Shown one piece after another: positions 9,065-18,063 of a stretch of DNA of 64,000 bases. Source of the DNA: an uncultured Candidatus Saccharibacteria bacterium. GTDB lineage: Bacteria; Patescibacteriota; Minisyncoccia; Phycocordibacterales; UBA9973. Location of the stretch: assembly GCA_964348725.1 (NCBI GenBank), contig CAYGDG010000003.1, positions 30,775 to 94,774 of the forward strand, read 5' to 3'. The notes beneath the pieces are model-generated. The model saw only the letters and a program-made list of their open reading frames with translations. It searched no databases and was not told the origin of the DNA. Positions within the stretch are counted from its first letter, which is position 1, and each line of letters begins with the position of its first letter. Made by a program: the position numbers and the translations under genes.

Positions 9065-9835
9065 TTATTGCGGTATTTCTCGATACGGGTCTATTTGTGG
9101 TGCCGGGACGGGAGCTACGGCAGGTGCCTGCGGGCTGACAGAAACCGGCGTCTTGGAAATATTGCTCAAGGAATACTCTGTCTTTACCGTCGGCAGTTGG
9201 AAAGAGCCGGAGAGCTTCGAAATCGGTATGGAAGAGACCGAAGAAAGAATTTTTTCATTTTGTTTTGGCGTGCTTATTGTCTCGGGATGTTCCACTTTTG
9301 TCAGCATGTCTTCACGTTTTTCCATCGGAGCCGCTGCAGATATTTGAGGGGGGAGAACGGGAGATGGGGTAATATTGATGCCGACGGATTTCAATACGTC
9401 TGTCTCAGCTGTTTTCAGATCGGGTCTTGGTATTGTCGCCGCCGCCGGGCGGACAGATGGAATCGGCTCTTCTCTCACCTGAATTTTCTTCTTTTCCGTG
9501 AGCTTCATCAGTTCTTGGCGGATCTTCTTGAAAACGAGCTCGTTCATTTCATTTACCAGCTCGTCAGCCTTGGCACGCGGAATTTTCATTCGAGCCGAAA
9601 GTTCCGCCGGAAAATTTTCCGGTGACAGCAAGCCGCACAGCAATAATTCAGTTTCCACGCCGAGGTCTTCGATCTGTTCGAAGCTGAAGCCCTTTTTCTC
9701 ACGCATCGAGAGGACGATGCCGCGCCAATCTACCGCTTGTATCGCGTCGCGTGTAGCCTCTGGTAAAGCGGCTTTCGCCTTATCTATTTTTATCTGTAGA
9801 AGGTCAAGTTCTGCCATCTTTCTATTATATAACAA
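9065..9835 (-). CDS. Hypothetical protein, paralog A (shared ~90-aa N-domain with next gene, Pro/Ser-rich C-terminus)
   Basis: 256 aa; N-domain LPEATRDAIQAVDWRGIVL...ELVNEMNELVFKKIRQEL aligns with N-domain of 9825..10319 product. Confidence 0.45.
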   Translation of the reverse strand: MLYNRKMAELDLLQIKIDKAKAALPEATRDAIQAVDWRGIVLSMREKKGFSFEQIEDLGVETELLLCGLLSPENFPAELSARMKIPRAKADELVNEMNELVFKKIRQELMKLTEKKKIQVREEPIPSVRPAAATIPRPDLKTAETDVLKSVGINITPSPVLPPQISAAAPMEKREDMLTKVEHPETISTPKQNEKILSSVSSIPISKLSGSFQLPTVKTEYSLSNISKTPVSVSPQAPAVAPVPAPQIDPYREIPQ

Positions 9836-10319
9836 ATTTACTTTTTATGTCTTCTATTTTTGAAGGCGGCACGATGGCTCGTATGGTGTCCGTGAAATCT
9901 TTCGAGACCACGTGTTTTTTCATGAGTACGCCATAGTCTCCGCCGGAGAGGATGAAATCGAGCGATTCGCGCCATGTCCACTCCTTGGCGACTGAATTAT
10001 TTTTTATCGTCTCTCGAATTTTATTCGCGATAGGGACGAATACTTGCGCAAGAAGTTCCTGTGCCACTATCTCCGCTTGGTTTCTCGGGATCCCCACTTC
10101 GTCTTCTATATTCATGGCAATATCCTGCGGATATGCGAGGCCGGTCATTACCAGCACCGTTTCTATTGCCAAGTTATCAATATCTTGTTCCAGTAGACCG
10201 TGAGAATTTCCGACGGCAGTTATTTGTGCGAGCCAGTCAAAAGAATGTACCGCGTCCAAAGACTCCTTTGGTAAGGTCTTGAGCTGTTCGTTGATTTTAT
10301 TTTTTAATTCTTCAGTCAT
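9825..10319 (-). CDS. Hypothetical protein, paralog B
   Basis: 164 aa; LPKESLDAVHSFDWLAQITAV...EIVAQELLAQVFVPIANKIRETI homologous to paralog A; 11-nt overlap with it. Confidence 0.45.
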   Translation of the reverse strand: MTEELKNKINEQLKTLPKESLDAVHSFDWLAQITAVGNSHGLLEQDIDNLAIETVLVMTGLAYPQDIAMNIEDEVGIPRNQAEIVAQELLAQVFVPIANKIRETIKNNSVAKEWTWRESLDFILSGGDYGVLMKKHVVSKDFTDTIRAIVPPSKIEDIKSKFVI

Positions 10320-10324
10320 ATTTT

Positions 10325-12709
10325 TTAGTGATCAGGCGCATGTGCTCCTGCGGGTGCCGGAGCGTGGGCTTCGGCCGGTGCGGCGTGCCCATGATCCCCG
10401 TGGTCATCATCTCCCCCGTGATCTCCATGACCATCCTTCGGCGGCTTCATACCCATCCTGATGTTGTGTGACGCGTTGCGGTCTGAGCTTGCGCTGCCGC
10501 CAGTCATGACACTGATAGTTTGGTGAAGTCCACTGCCCACTCTGTCTGCCTCTTTATCTCTTCTATTGTAGTTCTTGAGCTCGATCGCATGTTCGGCGTG
10601 GTGGACAGACTCTTCCATGTCTTTCAGTGTGTTATCTCCTGACTTATATTCTTTAGCTGAGTAATTTTTGTCGACAGTAATGATATTTCCATCTATATCC
10701 TGATATTCATCTTTGAACGCCTGACCAGTCTTCAGTGCATCTTTCTGTTTCTTGAATACTTTGAGCTGGTCTCCGTATACCGCCAATGCGTCTCTCTTCT
10801 TAGCTTTATCCTCGTCAGTCAGATTCGGCATCAGGTTTGCATCCTTCAGGTTCTGTCGAGCTGCCTCGAGCTGCTTGTCGATTTTCGCCACTTCCGTATT
10901 AGTAGTCATCTGCAAGGCACGTAGATCGGTCTGCAGCTTGTTCAATTCCTGCTTCTCTTTTTCATTATCGCCGACTTCCAAATCCTTTGCTCTCTTCAGG
11001 CGCTTTGCTTCCTGGCGTTCTTTCATGCCGGCAAAGCCTCCTTGCGCCGGCTTGCCTACGCCTTTTACTAGGCCGGTGCCGCGGACATCAAATGAAGCAG
11101 CCCCGAGCGCTCCGCCTGCACCCTGTAATCCTCGTATTGCCCAACCATAGTATTTATTGCTGGACAGATCTTTCAGCTTGCCGCTGTCCGCGGCCATCTG
11201 GCCGAGTCTTCCGATGGTGGAGCGCCCCGCGAGAGCATATGCGCCGAGCGCGCCGCCGACGGCGAGTCCTGCCACGCCGCTGCCGATTTTTGACATTGCC
11301 GCGCCGATCTCACCAGACATTTTCTGGGCTATTTCTTTTGCCTTGGTAAGAAGGATAAAGATGATGGCGAATGGGATGATAGTCTTCATGAATTTATCCA
11401 TGTAATCAGTCGAATTGCCGATGTCGTATGTGATGAGGCTGAAGAAATCTCCGAACAGGATGATGACATACAGGAAGAAGATGAAGACAGGCGCGAGGAA
11501 TGCGTTCTTGAGTAGATTGCTCAGCCACTCTTCCCAGCCGAAACCCGGAATGTGCACGTGAGGCAAAGTTTTGGAAGCGAAAGCGATTGGCGCGAATATC
11601 ATGGAAAGCCACAGGGCGACCACTCGGCCGACAAAGAGCATGGCGACCGAGAAGAATATATATGCCATGAATGCCATGATGGCGGAAGACAGCAAAGTGA
11701 CGAAAATGAACAGCCCGATATTGCCGGCATAGTTATCCTGGGTGATGACGTTCTGAGGGTTGAAAGGTTTGGTGAGTCCGAGGGAGATGGATTTTTCACC
11801 CGCCGAGTTAGCCGGGAGCGGATTTCCATTGCTGTCGACGGCTTTGATGTTGTTGTAAAAAACTTTCGCCAATATGTTCGAGCCGTCTATCAGTACCTGG
11901 GTGAAGAACAGGCTGAAGTTTATGAGCAGCGCCACGATGATGATGGAGCTGATGGCTTTCTTTGCCCCGTGCCCAAGGTTCAGAATGGTCTGTATCGCTA
12001 TATATAGAAGAGATACGATAAAGAATATGTTGGCGATGTCGCGCACTGCTCCCCATGCCTTGCGGATGAATTCGCTCGAATATGAACTGCTGTTCGTGGA
12101 ATAATAGACAAAGAAGTCGAGTATTTTGGCGGCCAGTCTGGCGAATGCGGCCAAAGGTTCCCAGAATATGGTGTAAACTATGGCAGCCAAACAGCCCTTT
12201 ACTCCTTCAATACTGAGCTTACACTCAAAGCTGTAACCGTCCGACGGAATATTCGATGGCATGCTGGTGCCTTCTGCGGCAGCTTGGAATCCTGTATCCG
12301 TCTGTTGCGACCCTGATCCGTCGCCGTTAAAATTTACTGCATTGGATATCGTATTCGAGGGATTAGTGCTCGCGAGGATTCTGTATTTTTTGCTCGCTTG
12401 AAAATTGTATTCTACGAGTAAGCTAACTGTCTGTTCAGTGCCGGCATCGCTCACCTGCGATGTAAAATTGGTATGCTTTACGGAATTGACGAGCCCGGCT
12501 TCATCATATTGGAGAAGATTCAGATCAAACGCGTCTCCCGCTTTTGGACCCAAAATTTTTATTTTGAAAGTTCCGGAATTCGGCGTGATGTCAGCAGGTT
12601 GTATCGGCTGTATTTCCAGAGCGGTGACCGCGTGTGCTGTCCCGATCGGCGCTATGAAAATGCCGAGCGCGATCACCGATATCAAAATGTATGAAAAAAG
12701 CCTTTTCAT
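10325..12709 (-). CDS. VirB6/TrbL-like polytopic membrane protein with N-terminal secreted domain, C-terminal coiled coil and His/Asp-rich tail
   Basis: 794 aa; signal peptide, ~7 TM helices, Gly-rich GSGVAGLAVGGALGAYALAGRSTIGRLG segment typical of TrbL/VirB6, tail HGDHGGDDDHGDHGHAAPAEAHAPAPAGAHAPDH. Confidence 0.5.
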   Translation of the reverse strand: MKRLFSYILISVIALGIFIAPIGTAHAVTALEIQPIQPADITPNSGTFKIKILGPKAGDAFDLNLLQYDEAGLVNSVKHTNFTSQVSDAGTEQTVSLLVEYNFQASKKYRILASTNPSNTISNAVNFNGDGSGSQQTDTGFQAAAEGTSMPSNIPSDGYSFECKLSIEGVKGCLAAIVYTIFWEPLAAFARLAAKILDFFVYYSTNSSSYSSEFIRKAWGAVRDIANIFFIVSLLYIAIQTILNLGHGAKKAISSIIIVALLINFSLFFTQVLIDGSNILAKVFYNNIKAVDSNGNPLPANSAGEKSISLGLTKPFNPQNVITQDNYAGNIGLFIFVTLLSSAIMAFMAYIFFSVAMLFVGRVVALWLSMIFAPIAFASKTLPHVHIPGFGWEEWLSNLLKNAFLAPVFIFFLYVIILFGDFFSLITYDIGNSTDYMDKFMKTIIPFAIIFILLTKAKEIAQKMSGEIGAAMSKIGSGVAGLAVGGALGAYALAGRSTIGRLGQMAADSGKLKDLSSNKYYGWAIRGLQGAGGALGAASFDVRGTGLVKGVGKPAQGGFAGMKERQEAKRLKRAKDLEVGDNEKEKQELNKLQTDLRALQMTTNTEVAKIDKQLEAARQNLKDANLMPNLTDEDKAKKRDALAVYGDQLKVFKKQKDALKTGQAFKDEYQDIDGNIITVDKNYSAKEYKSGDNTLKDMEESVHHAEHAIELKNYNRRDKEADRVGSGLHQTISVMTGGSASSDRNASHNIRMGMKPPKDGHGDHGGDDDHGDHGHAAPAEAHAPAPAGAHAPDH

Positions 12710-12739
12710 TTATTATGTTGTAATTTTAGCACAAAAAAA

Positions 12740-14149
12740 CTATCTTTTGGTGAAATAATACTCGTAACCGTATGCGTTGCGTGTGGTGGAAGTCATCGTC
12801 TGAATGCTTATGATCCTGCTGTAATAATACTCATATACAGTAAGGCGGCCATTCAAGAATGCCAATTGATATGCCGCCACATCCGGCTCGGAGACGCGTA
12901 TTTCTCTGCCCGCGGTATTTATATAGCCGAAGCTGCGCGCATAAAAGTGCGCAAGTGTCCAAGCAAAAGTCTGCAGGTCTTGCCGCCCGTCCCAACCATA
13001 CGCGCGCGCCAAGGCTTCGTTCCCAGCTATTTGTCTCTGAAATACAGTCTCGATTCCTTCGTGGTAGCGGACTACTGCATCTATCGGCGGAATAACATTT
13101 TGTCCCAAGACGAACGGGCCGTTGGGATTCAAATTTCCATTACTTCCGTTATTCCCATTGTTTCCATTGTTCTGATTATTCCCATTTCCTCCCGACGTAG
13201 TATTTCCGCCGCCGTTATTGTTCACTCCCCCGCCTCCGCCATCATTTACTCCGCCGCCATCATTATTTACCGGAGTATCTCCACCCCCACCGATACCTCC
13301 GCCGACATATGTGCCTCCGCCGCCTGTGCCGTTGCAATTTTCATCGTCATCATCACCGCATGGAGCCTGGTACGGCTGTCCGCCGGGCGTTCCTCCGGGA
13401 TTCGTATTTCCCGGTGAAGCGGTAGTGAAGGACAGAACACCTCCGTAATACGTAGTGCCTCCGCTTGCCGCCGCCGCGCGGAATTCATATTGCGTGCCGG
13501 AAGTGAGACTATTGATGAGCGATACCATGTCTCCCGCGCCCGAGCTATGGCTTACGATTGAAGTTTTTTTCCAAGGCTCGCTGATATCGATTAGTAGCCC
13601 CCCAGCAGTCTCCGTCACTGGATTTATTTTTCTGTATTCGAACCACGTCGTCGAGACAGAAGTGGAATTGTAAGAACCGTTCACATACGAAGAGTCAGCG
13701 TCCACCACCAGGGCATCTTCGGTGATGACGGAAGTAGCGAAACAAGAGGCGCATGGAGTGGTGACGAATTCTTTCACATTGCCATAACGTATCTCGGTCC
13801 TACTGGAAGCGATGGCGCAGTAATAATATTTGGTGTTCGGCTCGAGCCCGGTGATTTTTTTAGAGAAGGAGGTGGTGCCGCCAGATCCGATATTCGTCTC
13901 TTTGGTATATTTCATGTCCGAACCGAAAACGTCATTACAGAACACGGGTGGGATATCGAGGGTCGCATAACGGAAATATCCGGAGCTCGGAAATCCTTCC
14001 GGATTAGCGGACCCGGAGAGAATGACCGAATTTTCCGTAATGGATGCAGCATTTCCGGTCAGGACGGAATTTATCGCCAGCGCCGAAAAGGGCATCCAGA
14101 GCAGGGCTGACATCGCTATTATATTTTTTATATTTTTTTGCATCTTCAA
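12740..14149 (-). CDS. Secreted protein: two FN3-like repeats, Gly/Asn-rich low-complexity linker, C-terminal GWDG-motif domain
   Basis: 469 aa; signal peptide; linker GGGGTYVGGGIGGGGDTPVNNDGGGVNDGGGGGVNNNGGGNTTSGGNGNNQNNGNNGNNGSNGN; C-terminal ALARAYGWDGRQDLQTFA. Confidence 0.5.
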   Translation of the reverse strand: MKMQKNIKNIIAMSALLWMPFSALAINSVLTGNAASITENSVILSGSANPEGFPSSGYFRYATLDIPPVFCNDVFGSDMKYTKETNIGSGGTTSFSKKITGLEPNTKYYYCAIASSRTEIRYGNVKEFVTTPCASCFATSVITEDALVVDADSSYVNGSYNSTSVSTTWFEYRKINPVTETAGGLLIDISEPWKKTSIVSHSSGAGDMVSLINSLTSGTQYEFRAAAASGGTTYYGGVLSFTTASPGNTNPGGTPGGQPYQAPCGDDDDENCNGTGGGGTYVGGGIGGGGDTPVNNDGGGVNDGGGGGVNNNGGGNTTSGGNGNNQNNGNNGNNGSNGNLNPNGPFVLGQNVIPPIDAVVRYHEGIETVFQRQIAGNEALARAYGWDGRQDLQTFAWTLAHFYARSFGYINTAGREIRVSEPDVAAYQLAFLNGRLTVYEYYYSRIISIQTMTSTTRNAYGYEYYFTKR

Positions 14150-16711
14150 TTAATATATTTGCAGCGTCCTTTCGAACACGCCGATCGTCTGCGAAGTCTT
14201 GTCTTGCTGCAGGTTAAAGAGATCGCTGACTCGCACATAAGTCGGGCCGCGGGGATTGCCTAAGCTGCCGCATTCTGCCGTATTTGCCAGGCCGAACTGC
14301 TCGTAGAAAGAGCAGAAGCTGGTGATGCTTGAAAGGTTTGCCAATGTCGGGATGGTGAAGACGGTAAATGAACTGGCTGAGAGGAATCCGGGGCCGCCTC
14401 CATTCGCTATGGCCGGCATGTTGTTCGTAATGCCCGCATTAAGCGGATCAGGAATTGCCGCTCCTGCAGCCAAGGTGTTGTAATCATACAATATGTCAAA
14501 AGGATAAGCTGGACGCTTGGTGTCGAGTATCTGCCATGGAGTATTACCAAGGTCATTTTCGCAGCCGGCCGCACCTTTCAGTAGGTCCTTGTAAACGTAA
14601 TTGGTTTTGTCGATTATTTCTCTCCACATGATATCTGCCGCGGCAATGTCATTGCCGGAGACCATGTCTATAGAGAGGCGGCCGAAAGCGCTGGTCCATG
14701 GCTGGAGCGCATTTTCATATGCGTCCTGTGAGAGTGAGCCGGAAGCGAGCTGGCTGTTGAGCGCATCAATTTTGTTCTTGATATTGATAAGTCGCTGCAC
14801 AATGCTTTTTTTGACTGCAATATTTGTCTTGTTGTCTTCGATTATCTTTTTATATCCCTCGGCTCGTAGGAATTCCGCTTCCGCTTCGCTGGCCACTCCC
14901 GGCTGGATGTCGCGGATGAATGTACTATTTACTGCAGTCACATATCGGTCAAATATCTTATCCAATTTTTCAACAACGCTTGAATAAGGAAGCAAGTTGT
15001 CGTCTCGTACTACAGCCAGGCCGGTAATGAGGCCGACGTATGCGGCGTAGAGTTTTTTAGAGTCATTCTCTCCGTCACCTATGCCGAGGGCGACACCTAT
15101 TTGATTTATCGGTCCACCAAATGCACCGGCCAGCTGGTGTACAGTATCCGGTGGAATAGTATCCACGTCCGGTATCTTGCTTTCGGCGGTTTCCAGAGCG
15201 ATCTGCGCTTCTTCTTCCCAATCCGGATGCGGACCAGGGATACAGTAGTCGAGCTGGTAGACTGTTTTAATGAGGTTCGGCAATGCCGCATTCTGCTGTT
15301 CAAGCTTGTCTATATATGTACGCTGCGTGTCTATCACCGCTTGGGAAAAGTCCGTACGGATATTGAAATCCGGATTATCCCGGAGCCAGGAACTTGCATT
15401 CAGCGCGGAGTCGGCAAAATCTTTTTCAGTTTGCCATTTGTCCGAGTCGCTTATGCCGAGCGAATCAAGCGAGAGTCTGTTGTCATTTTCAGTCAATGCG
15501 GCAAGGCCTTCGTTGGTCAGCTGAGCGGTGAATTTTGCGAGTAAGGCGTCAAGCACTGCGGCGATGGCGTCATTCAGATCTTGTGCTTCGAGCAAGGCGT
15601 CCTTTGGATAACCCACGGCATCTGTGGCCAAGCTGGCCACGATGGAGCCTGGTGTTACACTCTCCCATCTTTTACAGAGGCGAGGCGAGCCGGTCGGATA
15701 CATGTTCGAGCTACCGGCGAGAGCCGCATCGTGTTCTTCTTTGGTGACTCCTATCGGATCCGCGCAACGAGAATCTGGCAGCCATCCGCCCGCTGATTGC
15801 AGGCCTTTGTCGATCCATTGTGCGGTAGACATCTCTGTGCCGGCCAACCTGCCACTTAGTTCATTTGAAGCCAAGAGATTGAAACCAAGGGGATTGTTTG
15901 CTGGTATGATGGTCATCGCATTCCACGCTCCCCAGCCCCCTTGCGAAAAATCTTCACTGAAAGCAGCAGCGGTGTATTGCGGCGTAGTGTCGCGGATCAG
16001 CTTGTCTAAAGAAAACTGCGCGTTCTGGGCGAAGTGATTGTTGAAAGCATTGGCTTGTGCATAGAGGAATGCGCGGCCGAAAGGAAACTTATTCGCATCA
16101 TTTATCTCGAGCCCGAAGCCGAGGATCTCTTCTTTTGCGATATCACGGAAATATTTAGTGGATTGGACAAAGAATGACTGACCATTATTTCCGTTCCTGA
16201 TCCATTCTATGGTCGCCAAAGTTATTTTTTGCAGCAGCAATTTTATGACCATGCGGCCGATGGCTTCGGTGCAGGTAATTTTCTTCTTGATGGACTCGGT
16301 ATTTGTGTCGATATTGTCTATAGTTTGTCCTTGTTTTATTACTGCCGTATAGGTGGCCTCATCATGCACTCCGATATCGTCTACTGTGGCGGAACTCTCG
16401 GCAGATTTGCCGGAAAAACTGCCGTCTTCTAATCGAGGACCGATCTCTTTTTTGGCTTTCCTGAACAAGCCCTTTATCCCGCTGCCTATGGCCTTCTGGC
16501 ATTCCGGAAGCTTGGCGATAGTGGGCAAAAGACCTTTTACGTAGCCGTTGATATTTCCGCCGGAACTGGATCCGGTGGCACCGGAAGTGCCGGTCGAATT
16601 GCTACCGAAGACGCCGAATGTCTGAGCACTTACCAAGACAGGCGAAAGCAATATGCCCGCAAGCGTGAATATGACGACTATATTTTTAAAAATTATATTT
16701 GCTTTGCTCAT
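14150..16711 (-). CDS. Large secreted protein of unknown function
   Basis: 853 aa; N-terminal signal peptide IVVIFTLAGILLSPVLVSAQ; stop/start adjacent to neighbours. Confidence 0.5.
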   Translation of the reverse strand: MSKANIIFKNIVVIFTLAGILLSPVLVSAQTFGVFGSNSTGTSGATGSSSGGNINGYVKGLLPTIAKLPECQKAIGSGIKGLFRKAKKEIGPRLEDGSFSGKSAESSATVDDIGVHDEATYTAVIKQGQTIDNIDTNTESIKKKITCTEAIGRMVIKLLLQKITLATIEWIRNGNNGQSFFVQSTKYFRDIAKEEILGFGLEINDANKFPFGRAFLYAQANAFNNHFAQNAQFSLDKLIRDTTPQYTAAAFSEDFSQGGWGAWNAMTIIPANNPLGFNLLASNELSGRLAGTEMSTAQWIDKGLQSAGGWLPDSRCADPIGVTKEEHDAALAGSSNMYPTGSPRLCKRWESVTPGSIVASLATDAVGYPKDALLEAQDLNDAIAAVLDALLAKFTAQLTNEGLAALTENDNRLSLDSLGISDSDKWQTEKDFADSALNASSWLRDNPDFNIRTDFSQAVIDTQRTYIDKLEQQNAALPNLIKTVYQLDYCIPGPHPDWEEEAQIALETAESKIPDVDTIPPDTVHQLAGAFGGPINQIGVALGIGDGENDSKKLYAAYVGLITGLAVVRDDNLLPYSSVVEKLDKIFDRYVTAVNSTFIRDIQPGVASEAEAEFLRAEGYKKIIEDNKTNIAVKKSIVQRLINIKNKIDALNSQLASGSLSQDAYENALQPWTSAFGRLSIDMVSGNDIAAADIMWREIIDKTNYVYKDLLKGAAGCENDLGNTPWQILDTKRPAYPFDILYDYNTLAAGAAIPDPLNAGITNNMPAIANGGGPGFLSASSFTVFTIPTLANLSSITSFCSFYEQFGLANTAECGSLGNPRGPTYVRVSDLFNLQQDKTSQTIGVFERTLQIY

Positions 16712-16723
16712 TTTGCTTTATTT

Positions 16724-17632
16724 TTACTCGGTTATTATACCATTATTTTCCAATATTGCCTGAAGCTCGCGTGCCGCTTTGATGAGGTCATCACTGTATT
16801 TTTGGTATTGCGAGAGTCCGGAGAGGCCGATGATCGGGTCCGTCACCATTTTTTCCATGTTCCGCACCGCGACGCCGGTATTATTCGCGTCATTCATGAT
16901 CTTCAGATGATGCGATACGAGGCTGGATGGCACAGACATCTCGGACATCTTGGAAGCAAATTCTTGGTATGCGTCCGCGATCCCGCTCAAGCGGCTTTCA
17001 GAATTTGTTTCGCCTGTAGAAGAATAAGTAGTAATGTCACCGCTCACCGCTTCGAGCTCGTCGCCGATACCGGCCTCGGCATACTTTTCAAAAAGACCTT
17101 GCAATGTATCATAGTATTTAGCTTGTGCTTGTACCCCGGTCTCTTCCGAGAGTTTGACGTTATTTGAAGTGTAGCGATCAAGGAGCGAAGGATCGGCTAT
17201 TTTCTCGCCGATCGAACCATAGAGATTGTTTATGGTCTTTTCATCGAACTGCCCATTCTGCTTCAAAGCTACAAAGGAAGTGAAAAATTCCTGAGCGAAT
17301 TTTTCCGTCTCTGTACCTTCCATACCAGCCGTGTCTCCGGCCGGCAGAGCTTCTCGCCTTTTCCTGATATATGAGCTGTCTGGTTCGCCGTCGAATGTGA
17401 CGGCCTTGTTCACGTCTGTTCCCCACAGCCCTTCTTCCCAATCCATCACGCCGTCGCCGTCAGTATCTTTCTGCCAAAGATCATTGAGCGTCACTTTTTC
17501 CGCCCGCAATTTCTTTTCCGATATGAATCGGCTGGCGGTGGAGAAACGGGAAATAAGGAAAACGCCGGCAATGACAGCGATGCCTATTCCCATCCATATC
17601 GTGAATTTTTTGCTTGGCAGATATTTATTCAT
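16724..17632 (-). CDS. N-terminally anchored membrane protein (first gene of operon), contains DxDxDG Ca-binding-like motif
   Basis: 302 aa; TM WMGIGIAVIAGVFLISRF; DTDGDGVMDWEEGLWGTD. Confidence 0.5.
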   Translation of the reverse strand: MNKYLPSKKFTIWMGIGIAVIAGVFLISRFSTASRFISEKKLRAEKVTLNDLWQKDTDGDGVMDWEEGLWGTDVNKAVTFDGEPDSSYIRKRREALPAGDTAGMEGTETEKFAQEFFTSFVALKQNGQFDEKTINNLYGSIGEKIADPSLLDRYTSNNVKLSEETGVQAQAKYYDTLQGLFEKYAEAGIGDELEAVSGDITTYSSTGETNSESRLSGIADAYQEFASKMSEMSVPSSLVSHHLKIMNDANNTGVAVRNMEKMVTDPIIGLSGLSQYQKYSDDLIKAARELQAILENNGIITE

Positions 17633-17682
17633 CAGTTGAAGACATTATATCATTAATCCATTTTTTGTGGTATTATTACTGT

Positions 17683-18063
17683 ATGAGTAAAATAACTAAA
17701 GAAATCAGGTTATTGGCCTGCTCTGCTCTGCTTTTGGGAGGTGTTTTCCTCTTCTCCTACTCTTCTGTTTTCGGTGCTGCGGGCGCGATTGATTTTGGCG
17801 GAAATATGATAACGAGCGTGGTGGAATGCACCTGCAGCACCGGTTCTCAGATCTCTGTTACCGGTTATGGACGCAAAAATTCAAAACATACCGGTACATA
17901 TTTATACACTCCAGGGACGATAGTCATCAAAGGAAAGGTGGAGCCCGGCAAAAAAATTATCGGCCAATACACCTCTGGAGGAGGCCAATGTTTGATAACA
18001 GGAACCCCATGTGAAAAATTGCCTATAACTAAAGGCACGTTTAAGATCATCAGCACTAATTAA
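17683..18063 (+). CDS. Small secreted Cys-containing protein, divergent from T4SS-like operon
   Basis: 126 aa from internal ATG of ORF 17614..18063; N-terminal hydrophobic segment LLACSALLLGGVFLFSYSSVFGAAGA; 6 Cys. Confidence 0.45.
   Translation: MSKITKEIRLLACSALLLGGVFLFSYSSVFGAAGAIDFGGNMITSVVECTCSTGSQISVTGYGRKNSKHTGTYLYTPGTIVIKGKVEPGKKIIGQYTSGGGQCLITGTPCEKLPITKGTFKIISTN

Noticed and set aside
8624-9625. 333-aa plus-strand ORF overlapping PrgI-like and paralog genes
   Set aside because: Antisense to co-directional operon genes with coherent membrane-protein features; Arg/Cys-rich translation typical of GC-skewed shadow frames. Same reasoning applied to 25885..27165, 27814..28776, 57970..58926 and other long antisense ORFs in the track.
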